Positions 49,783 to 59,879 of a stretch of 64,000 bases of DNA are shown here, in pieces. The stretch's first letter is position 1, and each line of letters begins with the position of its first letter. Position numbers and translations under genes: made by a program. The notes beneath the pieces were generated by a model. It did not search any database, was not told the origin of the DNA, and was given only the letters and a program-made list of their open reading frames with translations. Source of the stretch: Amoebophrya sp. A120 (lineage: Eukaryota > Protista > Dinoflagellata); contig CAJINV010000011.1 of the NCBI GenBank assembly GCA_905178155.1, positions 2,163,503 through 2,227,502 of the forward strand, written 5' to 3'.

Positions 49783-51028
49783 AATTACGGCGGTGTGCGA
49801 AGGAACAGCAACATCTGGGTGGATGATCGACTTGTAGTTGTTATTTCGATTCTCTATACAAGTTGTTGCTTGGGTTACCGTTACGGTTGCCACCTGCAGC
49901 TCAACATCTACCAGGAGAAAAGCTGGAGAAAAGTTATATTAAACCGTGTAAACAAATCCCGCCCAGCACATTGACATGCTGATGCGAAATCCACTGGGAC
50001 GAGTGGTCTGAAGATGTCGTGTATGAAAGCACTTTTTATTACTTCTGAATCGCGCAGACAAATGAGAATGACGAACTGACTGTTGTCAAACGACAGCCGC
50101 GTCATAATCTTGATCTTCACACATAAAGAGTGTCTGGTCTCTTACTCTAAGAAGGAACATAATCGAGACCACAGAACCTGCAGTTTCTTTCAGCTCTTCG
50201 GATTATCTACGCCTCATAGCAACGCTAGCGCACTTTAGCAGCTTTATCAAATTTTTGGCACGTATAGGATGTTGCCCGGTTCATCTTCGCATCTCATTTT
50301 GTTTGGGAAAATGTAGCTCCACCTCACCCAGGGACGTTGTTCGACCTGTGTCTCCTTCTTGCATAGGCTTTGCCATTCGAAAAGTCGTCTCTCGAAGCCC
50401 GCAAAGAGTTTCGTCGTTAATGAAAAGCTGATCTCGATGGGTGGTAATTATATCGTTCCTCTTCCGTGGCCGTGGGAGATCGAAGTGATCTTCGTGGGGA
50501 TTGCGATTGCAAGACAGGTATAATAATTTCGTCTTGTCAAGGAAATCGAAAATCAAACTTGCTTCTGCGAAGTCCTGAAATTTTTCGGTACAACCTCTAC
50601 GTCTGCCTCCTCGTTTCACCGTTTCGAACAAAATCGTTTTCATAAGATTCCTCTAGAGCAAGAAGAGAGCATGGAGGTGCAATGATGGAGTATTTTTACT
50701 TGACGCCTATCGCAGCATCGTTTTTTTGAAACGACGAGGACACTATCGAAGGGGAATGATCGCATGTATTTGAAGATATCGGGAACTTCTTGACTTTCAC
50801 ACTGTATCTACTGTTTTGGATATTTTTAACTACGTCTGATTTTCACTATCTGGGCGGGTTTGTTGTAGAAGTGATCGCTAAAAATTACCTTGACTTCTCG
50901 GAGGTAAAATAGAAGCAGCTTGATATTGCATTTAGCAACTTCACAAAGAACAAGTTGCTTCTGTTGTATTATTCGTAGCTGGTACAACATATTTCACGAA
51001 AGGAACGTACAGATAAGCCACCATTACT

Positions 51029-52026
51029 ATGCCGGAATCCAGCAGTTCTTCCAGTACGCGTCCGCTGGACAAGTCCGAGTCGCAGCCAGCTCTGGTGGTG
51101 ACGAAGGATTTTTCCACGAACCCAAACTACTGGAATAAGTACGTCACCCCCTACGTGGCAGACAGGACAGAGGAGTACGCTTTCAACCCGCTGCACGTCC
51201 CGGAAAAGGACAACTTCGATCTAAAATGGCGGTTTGTCAACAAGGGCCCGTACATGATGAAAAAATACGGAAGATTTCCACGACCAGAGAAGGAAAGAAC
51301 CATTGGCGACATAAGGGAAGAAGTGGGGCGGATTGAGGAGCAGAAGGCCATGGTATATAGTGAAAAAAGTACTTATTTTTATTTCGCGTGCGTGCATATT
51401 AAAGTGCATGTGATGTTCTACTTCAGCCCTGCTCATGCGCGTACTAGTAGTTCTTCACACATTTCTATGTCGTTTCAAAAAATCAAAAACAGCAACCACT
51501 AGTATCACCAAAGTCCCGTGCGGTCTTCTCACCTCGTGGCGGGGAATCCAGGACGACATCCCCTGGGGGAACGAAAAAAGCCTCGAACTACGAAAACCAA
51601 AAGCCCGGGCCGGAAATTTTCAGGGAAAAGGGGGATTACCAGGGATTGAAAAATATCGACAACTTCGAATTGGCGCAAATGAAGTTGAAGGAAGGTAGAG
51701 CAGACAAATTTTTACAGGACTGGTCACTACTCATGGTGCTGCGTGTAGTTTTTTCTGTAGTACCTTGTTGTTCAGGATAAGAATTGATCTCTCCATTTCC
51801 ATGTGACCCGATTGATGACTGTGTCGTGTACTATAATTTCGAAAACTACATTCTATCAGATACGATGTACGTGCCACCCGGGAGTAAGTATCAAGCCCCG
51901 CACCCGATGTCAAACACGCGAAAACACTTCCATGACGACGCGACGGTAGATATGAAGAAGGTGATGGCGTTAAGGAAACTCGGTGGGGCAGTCATTCCAA
52001 CAAGCAAGAGCTTGACCAATGTATAG
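51029..52026 (+). CDS. Small hypothetical protein, probably 3 exons with canonical introns
   Basis: Coding-like segments about 51029-51352, 51500-51694 and 51860-52026, with GT donors at 51353 and 51695; acceptors uncertain. Confidence 0.55.
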
Positions 52027-52964
52027 GAATTTCTCATGAATGTAGGTCTAGTCGCAGCTTTGACAACGTGAGATTTATGGTCGCGTCTGTATCACACAAT
52101 CCGATCTTTGTAAAATGCAATGAATTATGCGCGAACCAACCAATATATAGAAAAACAAAAACGACACCAGCTCCCGCTTGCGACCGACAAGGCTGCCACG
52201 GAATTTGGCAGTGTCAAGCAGCTGCACAAATGCAGAAGTACTGATGTGTTTTTTTTTGTTTCATTCATCCTGATTCATCTGAGTAGATAGCGCTGCATCA
52301 TGCAACGAGATGTGATGTATGTATGACTATGATTTCGAAACCGCAAAGACAAATATAAAAAAAATCAGATAAGCACATGCGATCGATCCACAACCCCTGC
52401 GAGCGATTCTCCGGGAAAATGATGTTGGGCTCACAAGCGGTCGGTTGGGCGCAGGATGATGACAGGTGCGCGAGGGCGGTGCACTACAAGGGCCCAACGC
52501 ACGGGATCACTGACTCGTTTGTCACACAGTACAATTTTGGATGCTTGTTTCTGTTTGCTTTTCGCATGGCAACAAATTCAAATATGAGAATCAATGCGCA
52601 TGCTGCACAAAAAAAAATGGCAAACATCTTCAGTACTGTGAAAGAACATGAAAAACTATCAACTTGTTGAAAAAGGTACTATCACAACATGAGGATGACA
52701 AACATGGAGGCGATTCTGCGCTACGAGGGCTAGGAGCAAGACGGAGACACTCTTTCGAGTGGGGAAGTTTTCTTTCTCCCTGGTATCTTCTATCAGCTGG
52801 TGCTGTGTATGATTTATTGACTGGTAAAAGAAACACGAAAACGAAGCCATTATCATCAAAAATGCAGCTATTACGTGTACCAAAACGGATGCAGGCTCAG
52901 TTATTTTCAGATTTTTAGCAACAGGTGACACGACAATACGAAACGCGATTTTTAGCAGGTTTAT

Positions 52965-53415
52965 CATTTCGATTTTTAGCATCAATAGATTCGCAATAGA
53001 TTCGAAACGCGAGATAGCTCAGCAGGACGAGTGCAAGATTTTTAGCAGGTTGACGCGCTTGAGATAGCGGTAACGAAAATGTGCTTGTCTTTATGCAAGA
53101 TGAGTTTCGAGTTCACGGATAGCGGAAGTTGTGGAAGGTTGTGAGATAACATCCAGTGCGGATGTGGCTGCGCAGGCTGTTCGAATGATTATCCGAAACA
53201 AGTGACTCCCAGATGATCCGTGGATCAACACGCAAGAAAACTTTTTTTTGGAATCTGATCTCAATTTCTTTTCCCTCGTCCTCTTTTTTGTTATCGCTTT
53301 CGCTTTCCAAGGATGCAACGTCTTTGCATGCAAATATACTTACACCGTAGAAACCTCCTACCGCACAAACGAAATGCATTTCGACGTTCGAAAAAACCTT
53401 AAAGTACTCGAGCTG
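52965..53415 (+). repeat. Diverged non-coding direct repeat, copy 1 (boundaries approximate)
   Basis: Colinear blocks shared with 54755-55252, e.g. ATTTTTAGCA, ATGCAAGATG, GATCCGTGGATCAACACGC, ACGAAATGCATTTCGAC.TTCGAAAAA, AAGTACTC. Confidence 0.85.
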
Positions 53416-53695
53416 TAGAAAGATTGATAAAGGGGCGGGAGCGAATAATTGGAGCGGTTGTTTGCGTCGAGATAAGTATAAATATCACATTCGTTTTGAG
53501 AGAATATTTTCTTCTTCACCGCAAAGTGGCACGCATCGACTGACATCAAAGGGGAAAGGAAGTTTCGTAATCCCCTAGAGCGAGGTGGAATTTTTTTTTT
53601 TAAGCTGTAGCGATTCTTCGGTCGCCCTCCTCGCGGGAACACTTCTTACCTTTCGACGAAGTTGTAGTTTACGCGCTCAGCACGTAGAAACTACA

Positions 53696-54688
53696 ATGGC
53701 GGACACGACGCTAGTGACCCCTGCTCCAACCGTCGTCGCCATCGTTGGTGCCTCCGGCGGTGTCGGCTGCAAGGTGGTGGAGTGTGCGCTCGCGCAGGGC
53801 TTTGTTGTGAAGGTGCTGGTGCGCAACGCCGAGAAACTGGCGAAGAAGATCGGGCAGGAGAACGTCGACAAGCTCGACAAAATCGTCCTGGGCAGTGTGG
53901 ACGACGAGGCCGCGCTCAAGCAGCTGCTCGAAAACGCGTCCGTGGTGGTCTCCTGCCTCGGCATATCAAATGTAAAAATGTCTGGGTCTGGAAGGTTGCA
54001 ACTTGTGATGCTGTCTTTGAAAGGTAAAAAAATCTGTATTGCATGACCAGCAAGAGGAGTTCAGTTTGTGCTACGCGGAGTGCGCGTTTCTCATGCGGAA
54101 TACGCATCAGAAGGCCCTTTAAAAGTCTGTGATGCTCGGCCAGGCATTACAGGCATCATGGGTTATGCAAAATTTGCATGACAAACCTGGCAATCTTCCA
54201 GACCCAGACATTTTTACATTTGATACGGCACCCCCCCGAAAGAAAAGCCGATCGTGGCGGCCGGTACGGCGAAGATCCTGAAGCAGATGGAAGAATGTAG
54301 CGTGAAAGACCTGGTGATGATTTCGTCTATTTGCGTCGGAGATTCGCTGCCGCAGGGGAAGAAGGTCGCGTGCTGCTTCGCGAACTGCATCCGACCACTG
54401 ATTCTGTCCAAGGTGTTCGCAGACCTCGAAATCGCGGAGAAAATGTGCTTCGAACAGCAGGGAAAACTCTCCATCGTCATCGTGCGGCCGCCGCACTTGA
54501 CGGACAAACCGGGCACCGGGGGTTACCAGTGGACGGACGCGGCAGATTTTAACCCGGGGGCGCCGGCGGCGATTTCGCGGAGCGACGTGGCGCTGGCGAT
54601 GGTGGATCTGTGCAGGGGGGATAGCAAGTTTAAGGAGCTCGCGGGCACGGCGCCGAGCCTGTTTCCGGCGAAGAAGATGAAGGCGTGA
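53696..54688 (+). CDS. NAD(P)-binding Rossmann-fold protein, flavin reductase/biliverdin reductase B-like atypical SDR; 1 introner
   Basis: VAIVGASGGVG, V.VLVRN..KL, VVSCLG, VMISS, IVRPPHLTD.P.TG and ISRSDVA are typical motifs of this family. Confidence 0.85.
53964..54225. mobile_element. Introner, TIR family A
   Basis: Perfect 30-bp TIR TATCAAATGTAAAAATGTCTGGGTCTGGAA; DR CGGCA; removal gives SCLG-TPPKEKP. Confidence 0.96.
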
Positions 54689-54754
54689 GATTTTTTAATA
54701 GCAGGAGTTCTAGCTACTATCTTCTTCATTTTTTCATCAATTTTTGGCATCAAT

Positions 54755-55252
54755 TTTTCAATTTTTAGCACTAATAAGTTGTCGATTCGAATACTTAACC
54801 GCTAGATTGCTGAGCAGGAGTTCAAGATTTTGTAGCGGGTTTACGCGATTGAGATACTTAGTTGGAACGAAAATTTGCTGCATCTCATGCAAGATGTTGT
54901 TTCGGGTTCAAGTTCATGGATACTTAAAACGGAATTGAAAAGTGGTGGGATAATATTGTCCTTCCAGTGTGGATATTACTGTGCAAGTTGTTCGAATTTT
55001 TTCTCCGAAAGTGAGTCTCAGATCCGTGGATCAACACGCCATAGAACTTTTTTTTTGAATCTGGTCTCAATTTCTATTTCTTTTCCCTTGTTCTTTTTTC
55101 CGGCCTTCAGTTTCGCTCTTTTTCCTTCGTTCATTCGCATTCCAAGGTTGATGCAACAACGTGCTTGCATCCACGTAGCTACTAAGACCACCTACCATGC
55201 AGACGAAATGCATTTCGACATTCGAAAAACTCTCAAAGTAGAAGTACTCAGA
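54755..55252 (+). repeat. Diverged non-coding direct repeat, copy 2 (boundaries approximate)
   Basis: Homologous to 52965-53415; ends a few bases before the ATG at 55258. Confidence 0.85.
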
Positions 55253-55257
55253 GCACG

Positions 55258-58200
55258 ATGAAGCGCAGTCGGCTCCGTCGGTTTTGCGCGGGAGCAGCTC
55301 CGGCTGGGCCGGGACGGGTGGGGCAAAACGGTGGTCCTGGGTCCTCTAGTGGTAGCACCGCAAGAACTCCGGGTGAGCATGCTACGCCTGGCAGTCAGCA
55401 TCGGACCCTCCTCGAGCAGATTGACGCCGTGTACCCGAGAAGCGCGCTGGTTAATTTCTTCCACACGAACAGAACACAGTTCTACCCCCGTGCTTTGCTG
55501 CACTGTCTGGACCGACTCGCCCCGGCGCTAGGTGCCGCGTGTAGTGGTCGTACACCAGCTTCTGGTGCGTCGAATAACAGTGCTGATGGAAAAAATGATC
55601 TCACATCTAACGGCGGTTCCTGTGATTCCACGGCACTCTTCGCTGCCATGGATTGGCAGCCGTTTAGAACAACATCAAGTAGAGATCCAAAAAGATTGGG
55701 AACAACAAAAGGCGCAGGGAAAAGGACCACAGGCAGACTAACTGACCAGAAGTACGCTTCGAAAGAACACCGGAAGATGTCTACGTTGCAGAAGGAGGCA
55801 GTCCCTCTCCTGATGGAGATTGTCCGGAAACTGGACCAATTTGCGCCCGCGGAATTATTGCAAGTCGTCTCCATCGCGCACCGGTTGAACGATTATGGCT
55901 TGTTGAAGGCGTTGGAATCCTTTCTCAAACCGCACATCTCCGGCTACACCGTCGCGCAAGTGGTGGAAGTGGCCAACGCGTTTGTCTCTTTGCAGGTCGG
56001 GACGCAGCCGTTCTTCGCGACGATGGTGCATCGGTTGGCGAATCACGACTGGGGACTGGAGCAGAAGCCGACTTTAGTGTTGTACGTGCGGACGTTTTCC
56101 AACTCCGTGTACATGCCGAAGAAAGCGCTGGCGGGCGTGGTGCCGCACTTACTGCGGTGGGTCAAGAAGGACGGGGAGGTGCAGGCAATCATGTTCTGCA
56201 GTTCGAGAACATCAAATAAGGGACGAAGTCGAACTGGAACCACCGGTCGTGCTAGCTTATCCGACGTGCAGAGAACATCAAATACGGATGCTACTACTTC
56301 CCTCCAAGCGAGCGCAAGCCATAGAAACAAGTTAGACAGGAAAGTGGCAAGGCTTTTGAACGCAGAAACGGCGTCTTCGGGAGGCGGAGGCGGGGCCGAG
56401 GTATCGTATGCTGACGAAGAATTCGAAATTCTGGACGACGCAATACCAGTACCGCAGCCGATGCAAGGAGAAGGACCAGGAACTCACCAGCATGTGCTTA
56501 GTACGGCGGCGAGCACGAACGCCGTCAGTGATGCTCTTGAAAAGAGCCCCGATTTACCACCAGAGAGCAGCGTTGCGGCCGAATCACCGAGCGGAGAATC
56601 CTACGCGCAAGAACGACGTCACCACAGTAATACTGAACCTCCGAGCACATGCACATCCAGTGCTAGTGCAACGACAAAGAATGACGCCGCCGCTCTGAGT
56701 CTCTATCACGCCTCCTACGACTCTATCTGGCACCCGCAGGAGGTGCTGGAGATCGCGCGGAGCTTCGCACGGTGGCCGAACCCCTCGGAACGGGAGGCGG
56801 GAAGCAAGGTGATAAAGCAATTTTGCCAAGCGTACTTCCTGCACGAGTCCGCAGGTGCGGCGCGGCGCGAAAAGGTCCCGCTAAACCGGTTTGTGGATTT
56901 CCTTCTCGCGCTGCAAGAATGGGACAAGTCGGAAAACGCCAGCTGGAAGTGTCTGGAGAAGAGGATGCAGCTTCTTCGTGTGGTGGAAGACGAAAGATTG
57001 GTTCCGCATTTGAAGAGATTGTCGATGCACGTGGAGGCTCCTGCTGGAACTGATGTAGGAGAGCACGACCGGGTCAAACAAGAAGCACAGCTGCAGCACG
57101 AGGATTCTGCAATATGTGCAGGAAGGGATGAGGAAAGCGGGTCGAGCCCTGAAGTAGATAGCGGGGATCTTTCCAGCGCCGAAACGGACAAGCACTTGTC
57201 AGAAACTTGTGACACTGTTATTTCACCTACACATGAACAGTCACCAGCTGACTACTTCTACGTCTCTACTACATCATCGTCAGAATTTCATCAGCCTCTG
57301 CACGCATCATTTGGCGCAACAACAGCCGCTGCGTCTTCTCCAATTGCGTTTCAAGACGAAGAAGGCTTGAAAGCGGCGGCTGCAAGAACCGGGACAAATC
57401 AAGTAAACAAATCCCCACTGCATCATCAAGAACTCTGCGCCATCCCCTGTCCCTTCGACAGCACGCGGAATCTGCTCTGTACCGGCACGGTGGCTGGTAT
57501 CTGCTACGTGTACGCGAAGCTTCAGATCCCCATGCGGGCCGAGATTCTGGAAAAGCTGCTCTTACCCCAGGCCCAGCTCCCCGTGCATTTAGTCCGGTTC
57601 TCGCCCAAGGAACTGGGGCAGATCTCGCTCGGCCTGGCGCACATGGAGCACGCGGGCCGGGATGTCAATGCGGTGCGGAGGGTGGAAGCGAGCTTGGGGA
57701 ACGTTTCTGGTTCTGGAGACGACGTGCCGAGGACGCTGCAGTGTAAGGAGAAGGATCTACTTCGCAGGGTAGAAGGACAGCACGCACAGGAAACGCAAGT
57801 GGAAGAGGAAGATGAGGGAAGAACCACGACCACCAGCAGGGCTACGCAAGTCGCCGCAGCAAATTCTTTTTCCTGCAGAGAAGCAGACGAAGGAGGAGGC
57901 GACAACACGAATAGAATCGCAGCACTCGGAACTACGTCAGGAAGCCAGGATGTCGACCTCAGCTGCGAAGAGGACGCGAGCAGCCTTCAGTCCACCATAG
58001 ACCTCTTTGCGAAGCTCCGTTCTAAGCGAAAGGAACAAAAAGTTACGGTGCAGGAAGATGCTGCAGCTAGCAAAGGACCTGCGCAAAGGCAGGACGAGGA
58101 GGACCTACACATTGGCGACGCTTCAGCGGAAACAATAGACATGGAAAGTAACACTAATGGACGCTTTCCTGCTGCACGAACTTCCTTTTCCGACGAAGCT

Positions 58201-59604
58201 ACTACAGAAGAATGTCACCCAAGCACCTACACGCTTTCCCCCGCTACCAGGAGCCAACTCCTCGACTTTTTCACCTCTCTCGAGCGCCGCGTAATCAAGA
58301 CCATTGTGACCATCCGCAACGCGAAAGACCTGACTAACCTCCTCTACGCGTTCTCTTTCTACGGCGCCGGCGGGCCGGAGTTCTACTCTTTACTGCAAAC
58401 GAAGCTGCATGGCAAGCTCCGCGAGTGCGACACGCACTCGCTGGCGAGAATTCTGTGGAGTTTCGGCAACGTGGGGAAGAAGACCGGCCTGCTGTCCAGT
58501 AAGTTCCTCGAGCAGTGGAAGCTGTGTGCGGCGGAGCGGCTGCACCAGTGGTGGCCGGGGCACCTCTGCGTCGCGTTGTGGGGCGCGGCGACTTTGGATT
58601 TGGAGCAGGACCCGTTTTTTCGGCGCGAACTGCTGAATTTACTGAACCCCGGGGGCCTGAGCCGCATGCGGGACAGCGGGTTTTTGTACCCGTTTCTGCG
58701 GGTGGCAAGTCAGGTGGGGGAGGCGGAAGGAACAGGAAGTGAAAAAAGTGCAAAAGATGGGGAAATAAAATACGAGGAGAATGATTCAAATAGAGGTACA
58801 ACTACTTCAAGTACAACAAGAACCTCTACCTGTACTACGCCCGCAGCAGACGACTGGCGGCGACCGGCGTTCCAACGGCCGCAGGGCTACGCGCTTTTCT
58901 CCGACAAAGAGGAGTACGAGCGTTACTGCACCTACGTGCGACCGAAATTCTGGACCATGCAGGCGAGAAAGCAGTGCATGACGCCGGGGTTTGATCTCTG
59001 GGCCCAGGACATTCGGTCAGTGTTGTTCTCGCTCGGTCAGGAACAGCTCGAAGAGGAAGTAGATCTAGATCCGAGTTCATCTGTAACACACGATCGAAAT
59101 GAAGTCGGAAACAGCATCAATCTATCCTCGTCAGAGAGCGAAAAACATCAACTACCAGAGGCGACAGTATCGGAAATAACCAGCAGTTCTTCTAGTTCCA
59201 CCGATTCTTGCGCGGAACGCGCCCCGCGCTCTCCCATCCACATGCTTCCCAGGTCAGGTCTGGAGTGGAGCGACGCGACGGGCGACACCCGCGTCCTGTT
59301 CGAGGAGCGAAAGGATTTGGACGGATTTTTGGTTGACTTTTTCGTAACGGTGGTGCGGAACGCCCGCGTGGAAGACCCGCGAGACCGAGACGTTTCGTTT
59401 CACTGTCTCCTCTACCACAGCGCGGACTCTAGTTTGCATCGGGACACAAAAAGACCGCTCGGCGCGGCGCTGCTGCGACAACGGTTCCTGAAGAAAACGA
59501 CGACCTGCAACGTGTTGAACATACTGGCAGACAATTGGGAAGTTGCGACGTGGGCGGAAAAGAGGACGCTGGTTTTGAGAAAGCTGGGGTTGATGGTGGT
59601 GTAA
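55258..59604 (+). CDS. Intronless helical-repeat (HPR/OPR/FASTK-like) RNA-binding protein with C-terminal RAP domain, probably mitochondrial
   Basis: Repeats such as FSPKELGQISLGLA, NAKDLTNLLYAFS, DTHSLARILWSFG, WPGHLCVALWGAA; C-terminus GFLVDF...PLGAALLRQRFLKK..CNVLNI...W...EKR..V.RKL fits RAP; Arg-rich N-terminus. Confidence 0.72.
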   Translation: MKRSRLRRFCAGAAPAGPGRVGQNGGPGSSSGSTARTPGEHATPGSQHRTLLEQIDAVYPRSALVNFFHTNRTQFYPRALLHCLDRLAPALGAACSGRTPASGASNNSADGKNDLTSNGGSCDSTALFAAMDWQPFRTTSSRDPKRLGTTKGAGKRTTGRLTDQKYASKEHRKMSTLQKEAVPLLMEIVRKLDQFAPAELLQVVSIAHRLNDYGLLKALESFLKPHISGYTVAQVVEVANAFVSLQVGTQPFFATMVHRLANHDWGLEQKPTLVLYVRTFSNSVYMPKKALAGVVPHLLRWVKKDGEVQAIMFCSSRTSNKGRSRTGTTGRASLSDVQRTSNTDATTSLQASASHRNKLDRKVARLLNAETASSGGGGGAEVSYADEEFEILDDAIPVPQPMQGEGPGTHQHVLSTAASTNAVSDALEKSPDLPPESSVAAESPSGESYAQERRHHSNTEPPSTCTSSASATTKNDAAALSLYHASYDSIWHPQEVLEIARSFARWPNPSEREAGSKVIKQFCQAYFLHESAGAARREKVPLNRFVDFLLALQEWDKSENASWKCLEKRMQLLRVVEDERLVPHLKRLSMHVEAPAGTDVGEHDRVKQEAQLQHEDSAICAGRDEESGSSPEVDSGDLSSAETDKHLSETCDTVISPTHEQSPADYFYVSTTSSSEFHQPLHASFGATTAAASSPIAFQDEEGLKAAAARTGTNQVNKSPLHHQELCAIPCPFDSTRNLLCTGTVAGICYVYAKLQIPMRAEILEKLLLPQAQLPVHLVRFSPKELGQISLGLAHMEHAGRDVNAVRRVEASLGNVSGSGDDVPRTLQCKEKDLLRRVEGQHAQETQVEEEDEGRTTTTSRATQVAAANSFSCREADEGGGDNTNRIAALGTTSGSQDVDLSCEEDASSLQSTIDLFAKLRSKRKEQKVTVQEDAAASKGPAQRQDEEDLHIGDASAETIDMESNTNGRFPAARTSFSDEATTEECHPSTYTLSPATRSQLLDFFTSLERRVIKTIVTIRNAKDLTNLLYAFSFYGAGGPEFYSLLQTKLHGKLRECDTHSLARILWSFGNVGKKTGLLSSKFLEQWKLCAAERLHQWWPGHLCVALWGAATLDLEQDPFFRRELLNLLNPGGLSRMRDSGFLYPFLRVASQVGEAEGTGSEKSAKDGEIKYEENDSNRGTTTSSTTRTSTCTTPAADDWRRPAFQRPQGYALFSDKEEYERYCTYVRPKFWTMQARKQCMTPGFDLWAQDIRSVLFSLGQEQLEEEVDLDPSSSVTHDRNEVGNSINLSSSESEKHQLPEATVSEITSSSSSSTDSCAERAPRSPIHMLPRSGLEWSDATGDTRVLFEERKDLDGFLVDFFVTVVRNARVEDPRDRDVSFHCLLYHSADSSLHRDTKRPLGAALLRQRFLKKTTTCNVLNILADNWEVATWAEKRTLVLRKLGLMVV

Positions 59605-59879
59605 AGCTAAAGAGCAGATCAAAAAATACTACACCACAGCCGAGCCTTCATATCTAATGATGTGGCCTACCAAATATATGATCATATTGAAAATGGTCAG
59701 CATGGTGGGTTTGATAAATACGCATGATGTAAGTTGTACTGACTGTTTGTTTCATCTGTATAATCGAAGTGATTATTGTTTGATCCGGTTTCGGCTCTCC
59801 TCGGTTGATGGTTGACCGGCACATGTGTTTTGTTCTATTCTTCTAGGTTTTCATGACTGTGGGTTTCCGCCGCTGAAGA

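Noticed and set aside
5575-54516. Recurrent peptides KMSGSG, PDPDIF, FQTQTF, KNVWVWK, KNVPTP and EKSPLPIS as a repeated protein domain
   Set aside because: They are six-frame translations of the element TIRs; they appear in all frames and on both strands and are followed by stops.
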